A stretch of 64,000 bases of DNA from a virus (IMGVR_UViG_3300047548_001261:17896-81895), one strand, 5' to 3'; shown: positions 24,850-35,228, counted from the first letter of the stretch. A program made the numbers and translations. Notes: generated by a model not told the origin, from the letters alone.

Positions 24850-25867
24850 TTGATTCTTCCAGTAATTGTTTGAATACCTCTTGGGCGTCGGCACTCAAGC
24901 TATCGGCAATCTTTTCGACCCAGTGAAGTTTGGGGCCATCTTCATCCATAATCACGTCTGTCTCAGCTTTCAGGGACCGAGTATTGGGCTTGATTGCGAT
25001 CAAGGTTTCGGACGTTTTATACCACTCGGCAATCCTGGAGTTGATGGCAATGGTCTCACCGATGTCCACGGTGCCGGTTATTTCGATGAACTGTAAAGGG
25101 GCGTCCAGCGGATAGGCAAGGAAATCTTTGTAGTCGAGGGACCTGAACCGACCATCTACCGGCCACACACACTCCTTTGTCCCATCTACGGAAATAAACT
25201 TATCCGTCATCTCCCCAAACGACATCGGTAAGACGGACCCCAACATCGTTACACCTATCATTGGCTCCCGATAATTGTGCTCATGGCCGGAGATGATCGC
25301 GTCGAAATGCTTCATTGCGTGACCGCCGTGCTCGTCAGACATCAGGTGTGCTGCTACATTAGGCCTTAAATAATTTTCCGTCTCTGTCCCAGGTTGGTCG
25401 CCAAAGTTGCAGTGAAGTACCAGGATGTTGTACTTTTCAGTGTTCGGAAAGTTTTTGGCGCTTGCCAGCATCGTATCAAACTTTTCTTGGGTCAACTGGT
25501 GAGGTAGCAGGGTGTACTTTGTGGACTCAGTTTCAAAGAAGTAAGGTTGTTCCCAAGCAATTGTGCAACCGGTTTTGCGAAGTAGATTTACTGCCGATTC
25601 TTTTTCCGTGTTGTTGGATACATCGTGATTCCCTGAAAGGACGACTTCGCATGACGCGGCAAACATGTAACCTTCGACAAAGGTCTCTGAGTTGCAAGAG
25701 AAGCTGTCGAATAAATCCCCAGCCTGGATAATGCTTCCCTTGTACTCTTCGGTAAACCATATTAAAAGGTCTTTCTTGTACTGCGCCCACCGTGCCGCAG
25801 TTTTGGTTGATGTGAAAGGGAAAGGTTTTCCCAAGTGGATGTCGCCGACTATTGTTATGTTATTCAT
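24839..25867 (-). CDS. sbcD: SbcD/Mre11-like metallophosphoesterase nuclease
   Basis: GDIHLG, GDLFD, GNHD, GHEH motifs. Confidence 0.92.
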   Translation of the reverse strand: MNNITIVGDIHLGKPFPFTSTKTAARWAQYKKDLLIWFTEEYKGSIIQAGDLFDSFSCNSETFVEGYMFAASCEVVLSGNHDVSNNTEKESAVNLLRKTGCTIAWEQPYFFETESTKYTLLPHQLTQEKFDTMLASAKNFPNTEKYNILVLHCNFGDQPGTETENYLRPNVAAHLMSDEHGGHAMKHFDAIISGHEHNYREPMIGVTMLGSVLPMSFGEMTDKFISVDGTKECVWPVDGRFRSLDYKDFLAYPLDAPLQFIEITGTVDIGETIAINSRIAEWYKTSETLIAIKPNTRSLKAETDVIMDEDGPKLHWVEKIADSLSADAQEVFKQLLEESNEA

Positions 25868-25895
25868 GATATTTGTCCCCTGTTTTATTTGTAAT

Positions 25896-25914
25896 GTGAT
25901 GTATTATACATCAC
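25896..25914. promoter_or_regulatory. Palindromic operator candidate (GATGTA-N3-TACATC)
   Basis: GTGATGTAT-T-ATACATCAC upstream of the sbcD-like gene. Confidence 0.65.
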
Positions 25915-26399
25915 TTTAAAATGTCAAGTAAAGCCGAGATCACCGACGATTCTGCGTTGCCGCTACCGAACGAATCAGCAGCAAGTTTCCGGCACCTGGG
26001 GGGCGCAAGGTACGCCGCAACAATATCCCGCATGTCCCACCACTCGAAGGCCTTAGACTTGTGACTGTAAAATGCCGCTGTTGCAAGGTTGCCTGCACGC
26101 ATCCAGAGCCTTGCCCCTTTTATCTGATCTTCAGAAAATACATTCCTAAGTACAGTTTCCCTCAAGCTTTTGTGAATAATGCTTGATTTAACCTCCAACA
26201 AAGACACTTTGCCCTGATAAGTGACAATGAAATCGGCGGGCTGGGAAGGTAGAAAATTACCTCCCGTAGCTACCCCTGCCGAAGTAGAATCATAGAGCCG
26301 CACAAATGTGGCTCTATGCGTTCTCTCGAAGAGAATTAACGCGTCTTGGATTAATCCCTCCGCGCCCTTACCGTCGTTGCGCTTACCTTTTACTTCCAC
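25911..26399 (-). CDS. PD-(D/E)XK nuclease, putative Holliday junction resolvase
   Basis: GKGAE...PADFIV...LLEVKS. Confidence 0.7.
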   Translation of the reverse strand: MEVKGKRNDGKGAEGLIQDALILFERTHRATFVRLYDSTSAGVATGGNFLPSQPADFIVTYQGKVSLLEVKSSIIHKSLRETVLRNVFSEDQIKGARLWMRAGNLATAAFYSHKSKAFEWWDMRDIVAAYLAPPRCRKLAADSFGSGNAESSVISALLDILK

Positions 26400-27147
26400 A
26401 GCTCCCCCTAAAAATCTTCTCCAGTGAAGGTAGATGTTCTAATAAACCCGCACGGGAGCAACGAGATGTAAACTCATCAATAGAGTCCTCCAAGACGTGT
26501 CCACTTTGGGTCATCGTCTGGAAAACCGATAAGAGTTTATCTTTCGTACCCCCGCCGAAGCCCTCCCCCTCGTCTAAAATGTCAAGGAATCGCTGGATAA
26601 AACGCTGGTTGTATGTGTGCGAGCTCCTCCCCAGCAGAATATGCTCGACCTTTGCCAGGACTCTCCGGAGAACAACTTCGTTTTCATACTGATCCTTACC
26701 TAACGACATGATGTGCTTAATGAACTCTACTGCATACCCGCTATCGTCAAAGTCAATTAGGGTAGAGTTCGCAAGTCGGCCAGCCTTCTCTCCAGAAACC
26801 CTGTACTGCGCCCCGTGGCAACCCCTCGCCACCGCACAAGGAAACGTGGACCCGTCCTGCAGCGCAACGTAGGGGGAAAGGTCATGCGCCTCGCACATCG
26901 TCCGGTAAGCTTCCGTAAGGACCTCTGTATAGTGGGCATTGGCCATGAAAGCCTCAACCTCGTCCCCCTCTTTGGCAAGGTTATTGGGGATGTATACATA
27001 CTCATCGGATTCGCCAGAAACAGACCACGCTTTAATATCTGTCACGGCAGGTGGCTTCTTGAACACAGAGTCCCAGATAAGCTTACCGATGGGTGCCATT
27101 GCATCAAAGTCTTCTCCGTCTGTTTTCAGTGTCACTTGCAAACTCAT
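26383..27147 (-). CDS. Hypothetical protein
   Basis: 254-aa ORF overlapping both neighbours in the operon. Confidence 0.65.
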   Translation of the reverse strand: MSLQVTLKTDGEDFDAMAPIGKLIWDSVFKKPPAVTDIKAWSVSGESDEYVYIPNNLAKEGDEVEAFMANAHYTEVLTEAYRTMCEAHDLSPYVALQDGSTFPCAVARGCHGAQYRVSGEKAGRLANSTLIDFDDSGYAVEFIKHIMSLGKDQYENEVVLRRVLAKVEHILLGRSSHTYNQRFIQRFLDILDEGEGFGGGTKDKLLSVFQTMTQSGHVLEDSIDEFTSRCSRAGLLEHLPSLEKIFRGSCGSKR

Positions 27148-27371
27148 GGGGTGCTAGCCTCGTGTTGGTTGGTGTCTAAGCTGTTGTAAAGCCGTCGATC
27201 AACCGAGTAAGAAGCTGGCTTTAACCTACCCTCTTTTTCCTTGGAGTCTCGGACAGTCTCGGCACCGGCGTTACGGGCCTCGGTGTAACAGGCTTGCTCT
27301 ATGGACAGGCCTTTGAGTTTTGTACCATAACGGTTGTAGAAAGTTACTTGGTAGTTGCCCGTGGTAATCAT
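27144..27371 (-). CDS. Hypothetical protein
   Basis: 75 aa, ATGA overlaps on both sides. Confidence 0.65.
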   Translation of the reverse strand: MITTGNYQVTFYNRYGTKLKGLSIEQACYTEARNAGAETVRDSKEKEGRLKPASYSVDRRLYNSLDTNQHEASTP

Positions 27372-28393
27372 TGTACAAAGTCCCCTGTAGAACCGAACCC
27401 ATTATCACCCCTTTCGGAGTCCTCCAGACTCGCCACCCGTTCATAAAAATCTAAATTAACAGGGATAGTTAGAAGTTGTGCTATTTTTTGACCGATATTT
27501 ACCTCGTAAGCCTTATCTCCTAAGTTATATAGATGAACAAGAACCTCTCCCGTATATCCGCTATCAATACACCCGGCTCCGACCTCTATTTTATGCTTTA
27601 CAGATAACCCGCTTCTTGACCAAATTAGGCCGACGAAGCCATCTGGTACATTGATTTTTATCCCTGTCGAGATTATTTGACTACCTCCAGCCAGTATTGT
27701 TGTCTTGACGCAGGATAATATATCGAGACCCGCATCTAATCTGACATTTTTTGTTAACTGGGAACCAGTAGATTGCCCAGAATCCGCTAGCTTACCTTTT
27801 GCTGACCTAGCAGCATTATGTAAAGCTGTGTGTTCTCCCCTCGTCATAACTTCCAAATTACTTAAGGAATTGTTTAACCTGTTTTCATCGACATGGTGGA
27901 CGTCAAACTCTGGATTTAAATACCAACCCCCTTCTATTTCTTGCAGAAACCTGTATTGGTGTGTAGCCCTTAAGTAATGCTCCATAATCAACCTGTGTAG
28001 GCGTATATCATCGTCGCAAGTCCTATAGGGGTGTGTGTAGTTTTTCACTAAAACGTACCCGTTAGGCCCTACACGAATACCAGACACCCAAGAAGAGTTT
28101 TCAGGGCCTTTTACTCCGAACTGGTGGTTAAGCTCTCCCACCATTCTTTTGCTACGAGCGACCTTACCACAATCATACGAGCAAGTTATGTCACCCGGAT
28201 TTACACGCTTAGCTAAGTGGCTTGGCTTTAAGTGGAAAGGTTTTGCACAAACCGAGCACTGTACGTTGTTAGTCGCCCTGAATCTCACGCCCATACACTC
28301 CTTAGAGCAGCAATGGTGTTTATTATTCTCCATACGCTGTCTGGACAACTCAAAAGGTTTTCCGCAGACTTCGCAGTCAACTATTACTTGCAT
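27368..28393 (-). CDS. dut: Zn-finger/HNH endonuclease - dUTPase fusion
   Basis: N-terminal CxxC pairs, HRLIME and DVHHVDENRLNNSLSNL (HNH); C-terminal trimeric dUTPase motifs DAGLDI, RSGL, GCIDSGYTGE, IAQL, RGDNGFGSTG. Confidence 0.88.
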   Translation of the reverse strand: MQVIVDCEVCGKPFELSRQRMENNKHHCCSKECMGVRFRATNNVQCSVCAKPFHLKPSHLAKRVNPGDITCSYDCGKVARSKRMVGELNHQFGVKGPENSSWVSGIRVGPNGYVLVKNYTHPYRTCDDDIRLHRLIMEHYLRATHQYRFLQEIEGGWYLNPEFDVHHVDENRLNNSLSNLEVMTRGEHTALHNAARSAKGKLADSGQSTGSQLTKNVRLDAGLDILSCVKTTILAGGSQIISTGIKINVPDGFVGLIWSRSGLSVKHKIEVGAGCIDSGYTGEVLVHLYNLGDKAYEVNIGQKIAQLLTIPVNLDFYERVASLEDSERGDNGFGSTGDFVQ

Positions 28394-28895
28394 CTTTCCT
28401 CTCCAAAATTGTGTGATATTTTCTTTCAGCTTCTGCCCGAGCAGCTATTGCCGAGGCAGCATCCAAATATGACCCCAGGTAGGTCGGTTCTCCGCACGAA
28501 ACTATTGTGGCGATATACCTGCCCCTAACCTTTTTTACCCCTTTAGGTAACCCTCCCTTGCCTCCTTTCCTGTTCTGCATAACTACAGAAGAAGTTGTGT
28601 CGACCAGATTGTCAGGCAGGTTATTGTCCATATCTTTGTCTCTGTGTGTCACAAGATTTTTCGGCCACTCTCCAGTGTCCCAAAGCACTGCCAATCGGTG
28701 TGCGGCGAAAGGTACGCATCTGATACCGATAATCCGATACCCCGTCTTAGCACATTTAAACCCTGCCGGTAGCCCCGTTTTGGCTCTTCCCTTGGGGTTT
28801 ATCCAGTAAAACTTCCCGTCTTCCCTAAGTTCCAGCAACTCTTTAAGCGTGCGTTGAGTGACTAAACTCTGCTTCTTACACGAGGATGTAGACAT
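28377..28895 (-). CDS. HNH endonuclease with AP2-like domain
   Basis: AHRLAV...VTHRDKDMDNNLPDNL...KGV...YLGSY. Confidence 0.8.
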   Translation of the reverse strand: MSTSSCKKQSLVTQRTLKELLELREDGKFYWINPKGRAKTGLPAGFKCAKTGYRIIGIRCVPFAAHRLAVLWDTGEWPKNLVTHRDKDMDNNLPDNLVDTTSSVVMQNRKGGKGGLPKGVKKVRGRYIATIVSCGEPTYLGSYLDAASAIAARAEAERKYHTILERKDASNS

Positions 28896-30138
28896 TGTAT
28901 CTAGCCCTCGTCAATGCAACATAAAAAGCTCTGTCAGCTTCTGCCAGAATCCGGTTTTTGTAAATATCCTGGAAATCCAAGAAGATGTTATCGAAGGTGC
29001 TGCCCTGGGTCTTATGAGTTGTTAAAGCCCCTAGGGGACGAAGATCGCAAAAAGACTCTTTCAGCCGGTAATAAGGCCTCCAGTCATTACTCGTCTTGGC
29101 GTTTTCTGCCAATCTCAAAACCCGTTTCTTGTAGTCTTCCCCACAGGTTTGGTAATCAAGCACATCCACAGGGGTGGGTAACTCGACGCCGTCCAATGAC
29201 AAGATAACTTTCCACCCTGTTAATTCCGAATAGTTCGAGTGAACCATCGGCTCCATTTGTTTAACAGTGAACTCCTCACCGGCATTGAAAATCACTGTGT
29301 CGTCCAGGGTGTAAGCCTCATTGACGACAACAAACTCGCCCTCACTGAACGGGACAGATATGTCCTTGCCCTGTAAATTGCGGATAATCTGGTTGTATTC
29401 CCTGACGGTTTCGTTTCTCCAGGCTGTGATCCGGAAAGAGTCCGGATCGTGCTTTTCAATGTATCTTCCAAGGCGATCCAAGGCTGGGGCCCGTCTCATC
29501 TTATAAACTCCCATTCCCTCGAACTCGCCCGTGACAATAGGCGGGGCTTCTCCGAGTTTGATGGCGCCCCGGATTGCGGTCGCAGCCTTAATTATTGGAC
29601 TGTCGGCAGCTTGCCTGACGATTTGGTTCAGCTCAAACTGGTATCTGCCATAGTCAGCCGCAAACAGAGGCGGGTGAATTTCGCCGACAGGGTTTAACTG
29701 GTAAGGGTCTCCTGCGTAAATGTACTTTCTTCCCCAGTCTTCAATGTCCTTTAGGATGAAACTGCGGAGGATTGAATCTACCATACTAGCTTCGTCGAGT
29801 TCCACGGTTCTTACGTCAATGAATGCCGAAGGGTCGTAATTGTTCTTCCGGACAAGCATTTGTTTATCCTTGGACATCTTTGGCCTAAGCCCAAGGAAAC
29901 TATGGATGGTTGAGCACTCTGTTCGTGTCAGCCTTGTTTTCAAGACATCCACACTTTTGTGAGTAGGGCCAGTACCGATCAGGGAACCATCAGGAACAAG
30001 GTTTTGCGTACTGTCCAGCAAGAACGTCTTCCCGGTCCCGGCGCTGCCTTTTATAAGCAGCTCATGCGCCCGGTCATCATCAAGGAATCGCTCTACCAGG
30101 TCGAGTGCGCCTTGCTGGTCTTTGGTTAGTTCAATCAT
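28876..30138 (-). CDS. Dda/RecD-like SF1B DNA helicase
   Basis: GSAGTGKT, TIHSFL, DEASM, GDPYQL, TTHKTQGSTF, YVALTRA. Confidence 0.92.
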   Translation of the reverse strand: MIELTKDQQGALDLVERFLDDDRAHELLIKGSAGTGKTFLLDSTQNLVPDGSLIGTGPTHKSVDVLKTRLTRTECSTIHSFLGLRPKMSKDKQMLVRKNNYDPSAFIDVRTVELDEASMVDSILRSFILKDIEDWGRKYIYAGDPYQLNPVGEIHPPLFAADYGRYQFELNQIVRQAADSPIIKAATAIRGAIKLGEAPPIVTGEFEGMGVYKMRRAPALDRLGRYIEKHDPDSFRITAWRNETVREYNQIIRNLQGKDISVPFSEGEFVVVNEAYTLDDTVIFNAGEEFTVKQMEPMVHSNYSELTGWKVILSLDGVELPTPVDVLDYQTCGEDYKKRVLRLAENAKTSNDWRPYYRLKESFCDLRPLGALTTHKTQGSTFDNIFLDFQDIYKNRILAEADRAFYVALTRARYNVYILV

Positions 30139-31196
30139 TTCGGGTCTCCTATCGCCACAGCCACAGGAAATTGTGGCACGGAATTTGCAGTCTGTGTCAT
30201 TGCAAAATACCGGATAGTTGCTTGATTACCCACGCAAGCCCCGTCCATCAACGACTGCCGGTAATCCAAGGTGCCGCGTGGTCGGGCCCGGAATTCATTG
30301 CCTTGGTCTGTCAGAAGCACCAAGACCGCCCCACCTTCTTTATCTTCTTCAACCCCCACAATAATAAATTCAGCCTCTTTGAAGTTTTTGTATTTAAAAA
30401 TGCCTGTAGTCCGCTCACCGAAGGCGTACTGACTATCTAAATTGCGGATAATCAAGCCCTCGAATCCTGCCTGAACGTATTTGTTGTGCAGATCGACCAT
30501 CGAGTCTTTGGTTATTGGCTCATAATTAACGATCTGTAAGTGAGGTTGTTCGACCAGCCCGCCATCATAGAACATATTGGACATGACCCCATGTCTTGTT
30601 AGAAAGCTGCCGGAGTCGTCGGCTATATCGAAAGCATGAAATTCCAATTGATCCGTCAGAGGCCTCCACTTCCTTGCTGCACCCAGGATGTCATTTAAAG
30701 GGGCCCCCCTTAAATAGAGTTCCCCGTCTAAAGGCCGGTTAACACCTTTCATTTGCTCAAGGATGTGTTCAGGGGCGTCATAAAACGTCCCCTCACGGGA
30801 CTGGAGCTTGTGAATTTCTGGGCGATACAAGCAACGGAGGCCGTCAAGCTTCGGCTCCCCTACTACTTGCCCCCAAGGGATTCTGTGTCCGACCTTGGTT
30901 GCGTCCAACGCCAGTTCAGGTTGCAAATAAAGCGGGGGCTTGTCCAAATCCCCGGATATCGTGTAAAGCTCCCGCTCGACTTGTTTAACCCAACGGGCTT
31001 TTGCTTCAGCTACAGCTTGCTCGTGGGCGTTTGTTTCATTAGCCTTGCCAATGTTCTTGCCTTTGACTTTCGTGGTTTTGGAAATAGATTTGCCGCCCTC
31101 CTCGCCGTAAGTTACAGTGAAGGTATCGCCCTGGACAGAGACGGACCATGTGCGGAGTTTGCCGGTTGATGTCTTTTTATATAGTGTTTCAAGCAT
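30135..31196 (-). CDS. ATP-dependent DNA ligase
   Basis: EPKLDGLR (motif I), LDGELY, FDI, EGLIIR, FKYK. Confidence 0.92.
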   Translation of the reverse strand: MLETLYKKTSTGKLRTWSVSVQGDTFTVTYGEEGGKSISKTTKVKGKNIGKANETNAHEQAVAEAKARWVKQVERELYTISGDLDKPPLYLQPELALDATKVGHRIPWGQVVGEPKLDGLRCLYRPEIHKLQSREGTFYDAPEHILEQMKGVNRPLDGELYLRGAPLNDILGAARKWRPLTDQLEFHAFDIADDSGSFLTRHGVMSNMFYDGGLVEQPHLQIVNYEPITKDSMVDLHNKYVQAGFEGLIIRNLDSQYAFGERTTGIFKYKNFKEAEFIIVGVEEDKEGGAVLVLLTDQGNEFRARPRGTLDYRQSLMDGACVGNQATIRYFAMTQTANSVPQFPVAVAIGDPK

Positions 31197-31256
31197 TTGT
31201 TACCCTCTCGTTAGTTGCGAATTTATCTATCTATCTATCTATCTCTTCGATGTTCA

Positions 31257-34200
31257 TCAAAACTTCTCCAGGGCTGCATTAACGGTTTCCAAAGACGGGC
31301 GATTACCTACTTCGTACTGTTTTCCCCACGACGGCCCAAATGAACAGTCGGCCACCATCGGTATCGCCGCCCCAGGAATATCTTGCTCCATGTCGTCACA
31401 AATATCCTGCAGGAAAGCGTGCAAAGATTTCTTTGGCACATGGAACAACAACTCGTCATAGATCGCTGCGATTAACCGGGCACCATGTTTCTTCAAAGTA
31501 CCCCTCTTGTGCATGGTTGCGAACACAACCTTTAAAAGGTCGGCGGCAGTGCCTTGCATCATGAAGTTTGAGAGCTGGCGCTCCATCCGGCTAATCTCGC
31601 TACGAGAACCTTGTGACAACTTACGACCACAATGTCTGCGGCTTCCAAAGGCTGTCTTGACGTAGCCATCGATCCGAGCTTGCTTGTAAAGAGCGTTCTT
31701 CCATTTTTGAATGCCTGGATAGGTTTCATCCATTGCCTTCAAAATCAGTTCAGCGTCTTCCAAATTAATCATCAATTGCATGGAAGTTTTCTGCGCACCG
31801 ATGGTGTTAGCCACACCGAAGTTCGCAGTCTTGCCATAAGCCCTACAAGTCTTGATGAACTTTCCTAAAGGTGTGTCATCATCTTGATGCGCCTTGAACC
31901 AGTTGTACTCAGCACGTTTCGGCCCATCCAAAGTAAGCTCTGCAATTTCCATACCCAATCGTTGACAGAATAAAACAGTCAAGCCAGTACCAGTAAGGGC
32001 GTGCAAGTCCAGCGGATCGCCGTCCGCAGGGTATGCAGACATCAGCACGGGGTCTTTACACTCATTGGCCAAGATTCGTAACTCTTGTGAGGCAAAGTCC
32101 ACTGAACAGATGACATGGTCCTCATCATCAGGGATGTATACCTTTCGGACATCTCCCTTGCTTACCTGCAGCGTGTTAGGGTTAGACCCCGTCGGTCTCC
32201 TTGTGATAGTCCCACAAGAGTTAAACCCTGGATGGATTTTGTCGTTATCATCCATCCACAAGGGATACGGTTTCCAATAGTTAGACAACCTTGTATTCGC
32301 GTCCCGGTAATCAAGCAAGTCCTTCAATACTTGCGCTTTCCAAGGGTGTTCTTCACAATCGTTGGCGATGGCAAACTGCATTGCCGACTCGTCAGTAGAC
32401 GGGGAGCCCTCGAAACCGTTCTTATACCGTAAAGATTTTTTATCGGGTTCGGTGCGCACACGGATCGGCAACTCCAGCAATAAATAAAGAAGCGCTTGCA
32501 TCTGTTGTGGTGACCCGAAGTTTAACTCTGTGCCTTCCATAACCGAGGGGGTATTGGCTTCGATTACCCCGTTACAAAAGTCTTCCAGAGCTTGGTAAGT
32601 GTCACCGGCCCTTGCTTTCATTTCTGCAGCTGGCACAGGTGCCAAAATCTTTGCCAACTCAGACGGGTTGTCCTCCACCCAATTGGAGATATTTACCTTT
32701 GACAGAGTCGCTATCGGTCCCAAACCCAAAAGCGCTGCCACATCGTTAAACATTTTCGGTGTAGGTATGAACGGCTTGAAGTGTTTTACATCCTTTGGCT
32801 CCTGGTAAAAACTGAGCTGCAAGAAGTTAGACTTGAACTTGCTTAAGGCAGACTTCACGGCAGATTGGACAGCTTCGCTACTCGTGTCCGACATCTTTTT
32901 AACGTGCTCATTCTTGGCCTTAAACGCAATGTAATCCCGTTGATCGTCCAAGAGAGCTTCTACGGCGTCAAGCCTGGGCTCGGTGCAGTGTTCGTTAAGC
33001 GTGGCACGGACAGCTGCCATCTTTGCCTTGGTTGTCTCTTCGTCCTTTGCCTTTTGCTTTTCCATTTCGACACGGTCGATTTTGACTCCGTCGATGTGGG
33101 CATACATTAGCGGTGCGGTAGCCGCACACTCGTATTGGCTGACAAAATCGTAAGTCTCTTCAAGTTGGGAGAGAATCGCAAAGTACTGGAACAAATGCCC
33201 GGTTACAAGAGAGTCGTCACAACCGTAGTTGAGGACCTGCTCGCCGGTTATGTCAGCCATTACTGACACGGATGCGTCGGCAATGGCGGCTTCCTGGCTA
33301 GGGTTAAGTCGAGCGTAAAGGGTTTTCAGTACCGAGTTAACCGCAGAGTAGCTTTCCTGTTTAGACAGGGTTTTTAAGGGCTTGCTAACATCGCCGCCTG
33401 CAAATAGGGGTGGGAGAATGCTTTCTAACTGTCTTGGCAAAGTTCCTTTTAGTTTTAGTGGTCGGAGAAAATCGTTAACCCACAGTTGTATAGGGGTAAA
33501 CTCTCCCATAGGGAAAGACAACTTGGTTCCGAACTTTCCATACTCTTCATTAATGAACGCAATCCAATCTTCACCGCCTATGATACCGTCATAGTAATTA
33601 TGAAACTTCTCCTCTAAGTCTTCCCTAAACTCCTCAACCCAGGCGAGCTTCTTTTCATCCTCAGAAACAAGGATAGTGAACTCTATGCTTTTACCCGCCC
33701 TTAACAACCCCAGCAAATTTTCCTGCTCTGCGCCGGCCAAAGTATCCGTATAAGAGGCCTGAGAGTAATTCAAATAGCTTTTTGACAAAGCCTTCAGGCC
33801 ATTTTCGGTGTTCTCGTCGATGTGGTGGGCAAACAACTTAGTGTCGAACCAGGATTTCAACTCGTGCCCGAAAACATTTCTTGTAATGGTAGCCTCAAAA
33901 TTTACGTTTTGAGCGCACATGGGTTTATCCCTACGCTCAATATCCAAAATCATGGATAACACTTCGTCCTGAGAAACGTTATCAGTACCCTTGTGGTCAA
34001 CAGAGAAATAGAACACATGGTTCAAGTTGGCCCCGAAAGCAAAAGAGCACCCCGTAACCGAGGAGTCCAACATCGACACAAAATCCCTGCCATTGCACGC
34101 GGCAACGTAATTAGGGTTCTTGACCTTATCCGTCGACTCATAATCCCAGGGAACAATCGGTGTCTCAGGCAATAACTTGGCGATCTCAGCTAAACTCGTT

Positions 34201-35162
34201 TCCAGATTCCCTTGTGTAACCAAAGTCGCCCGGTAGCAAAAACCCTCGTACTTGCCAACTAAATCCAGGCATCCCGCCTCAGACAAAACCGATGTAAGCC
34301 TCTCTATTGTCGGCGCCCGCTTTACCCACTCCAAGGGGTTTTTCGGTGTCACACAGATTTCCGGCGCCAGTTTGGCGACCTTGTACATCAGGTTCCAGGT
34401 TGAGTACTCGTCGACACATTTGATGAATGGCTTGATTGCGTTATGTTTTACGGCTTCTTTCAGCGCTTTCAGATCGCTGTTGGCGATCATGCCGTCGATC
34501 TGTTCCATTCCGTCAAGGCCAAACGCATCGACCATCTTGGTCCAAGCAGATTCTCCGAGGCCTTTAACACCAATATAACCATCAGACGTGTCGCCGACAA
34601 TGGACTTGAACAGCGTAATCAGATTTGGCGGCACACCCTTCATGCTTGTCGTCAGGGCATTTTGATACATAACAAACGTATCAGGTAGCCCAGCCAACGC
34701 GAGGATGTCCTGGTCTTTCGTGTAAATAACTTTGTTGCCCTTAAGCCCTTTGGCAAGATAAGCGATGATGTCGTCGGCTTCCTGGTTTGGTAACCGAACC
34801 AGAAACGCACCTTGTGCAACCAAGAATTTTTTAACAAGCTCAAGACACTTGGCAAGTTGTTCACGCTCAATAGGGTCCTCGGTAGCTTTCTTTTTCTCAC
34901 GCCCGGACTTGTACTCGGGCAATAACGATTTGCGGTACACATTGCCGTCGTCTAGGCAGGCAATGATGTTCATTGGGGCATCAACCACCTTCAAGACTTC
35001 GTCGTAGTACATCTTCAAGAAAGTAGTGAAGCCGAAAGTGGCGGTATTAATTTTGGGTTTAACATCGCCCTGGATGGGTTCTGGGGTCATGCTTGCATGA
35101 AATGTGTGGGAGACCACGCCTTTCAGGTCGAGGATCGCCCATTTAAAATCTGGGTCTTTCAT
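31257..35162 (-). CDS. polA: Family A DNA polymerase with 5'-3' and 3'-5' exonuclease domains
   Basis: YKSGR, EADD, GDTSDGYIGVKGLG (5' exo); DYE, FDT, YGCDD (3' exo); DFASQELR, KTANFG, QGTAAD, YDE (pol). Confidence 0.93.
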   Translation of the reverse strand: MKDPDFKWAILDLKGVVSHTFHASMTPEPIQGDVKPKINTATFGFTTFLKMYYDEVLKVVDAPMNIIACLDDGNVYRKSLLPEYKSGREKKKATEDPIEREQLAKCLELVKKFLVAQGAFLVRLPNQEADDIIAYLAKGLKGNKVIYTKDQDILALAGLPDTFVMYQNALTTSMKGVPPNLITLFKSIVGDTSDGYIGVKGLGESAWTKMVDAFGLDGMEQIDGMIANSDLKALKEAVKHNAIKPFIKCVDEYSTWNLMYKVAKLAPEICVTPKNPLEWVKRAPTIERLTSVLSEAGCLDLVGKYEGFCYRATLVTQGNLETSLAEIAKLLPETPIVPWDYESTDKVKNPNYVAACNGRDFVSMLDSSVTGCSFAFGANLNHVFYFSVDHKGTDNVSQDEVLSMILDIERRDKPMCAQNVNFEATITRNVFGHELKSWFDTKLFAHHIDENTENGLKALSKSYLNYSQASYTDTLAGAEQENLLGLLRAGKSIEFTILVSEDEKKLAWVEEFREDLEEKFHNYYDGIIGGEDWIAFINEEYGKFGTKLSFPMGEFTPIQLWVNDFLRPLKLKGTLPRQLESILPPLFAGGDVSKPLKTLSKQESYSAVNSVLKTLYARLNPSQEAAIADASVSVMADITGEQVLNYGCDDSLVTGHLFQYFAILSQLEETYDFVSQYECAATAPLMYAHIDGVKIDRVEMEKQKAKDEETTKAKMAAVRATLNEHCTEPRLDAVEALLDDQRDYIAFKAKNEHVKKMSDTSSEAVQSAVKSALSKFKSNFLQLSFYQEPKDVKHFKPFIPTPKMFNDVAALLGLGPIATLSKVNISNWVEDNPSELAKILAPVPAAEMKARAGDTYQALEDFCNGVIEANTPSVMEGTELNFGSPQQMQALLYLLLELPIRVRTEPDKKSLRYKNGFEGSPSTDESAMQFAIANDCEEHPWKAQVLKDLLDYRDANTRLSNYWKPYPLWMDDNDKIHPGFNSCGTITRRPTGSNPNTLQVSKGDVRKVYIPDDEDHVICSVDFASQELRILANECKDPVLMSAYPADGDPLDLHALTGTGLTVLFCQRLGMEIAELTLDGPKRAEYNWFKAHQDDDTPLGKFIKTCRAYGKTANFGVANTIGAQKTSMQLMINLEDAELILKAMDETYPGIQKWKNALYKQARIDGYVKTAFGSRRHCGRKLSQGSRSEISRMERQLSNFMMQGTAADLLKVVFATMHKRGTLKKHGARLIAAIYDELLFHVPKKSLHAFLQDICDDMEQDIPGAAIPMVADCSFGPSWGKQYEVGNRPSLETVNAALEKF

Positions 35163-35195
35163 AATTTTCCTTTTATACCTACTTAGTTAGATTAA

Positions 35196-35226
35196 AAATT
35201 TGGGGCGAGAGTGTCGCCCCAAATTT
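35196..35226. terminator. Hairpin, probable terminator between thyX and the polymerase gene
   Basis: AAATTTGGGGCGA-gagtg-TCGCCCCAAATTT. Confidence 0.65.
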
Positions 35227-35228
35227 AT

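Noticed and set aside
25903-25927. TTGACA...TATAAT promoter upstream of the sbcD-like gene
   Set aside because: Spacer is only 13 bp; only the palindrome is reported.
33265-33730. Intein in the DNA polymerase
   Set aside because: No N-terminal Cys/Ser block, no His-Asn end, no LAGLIDADG motif.
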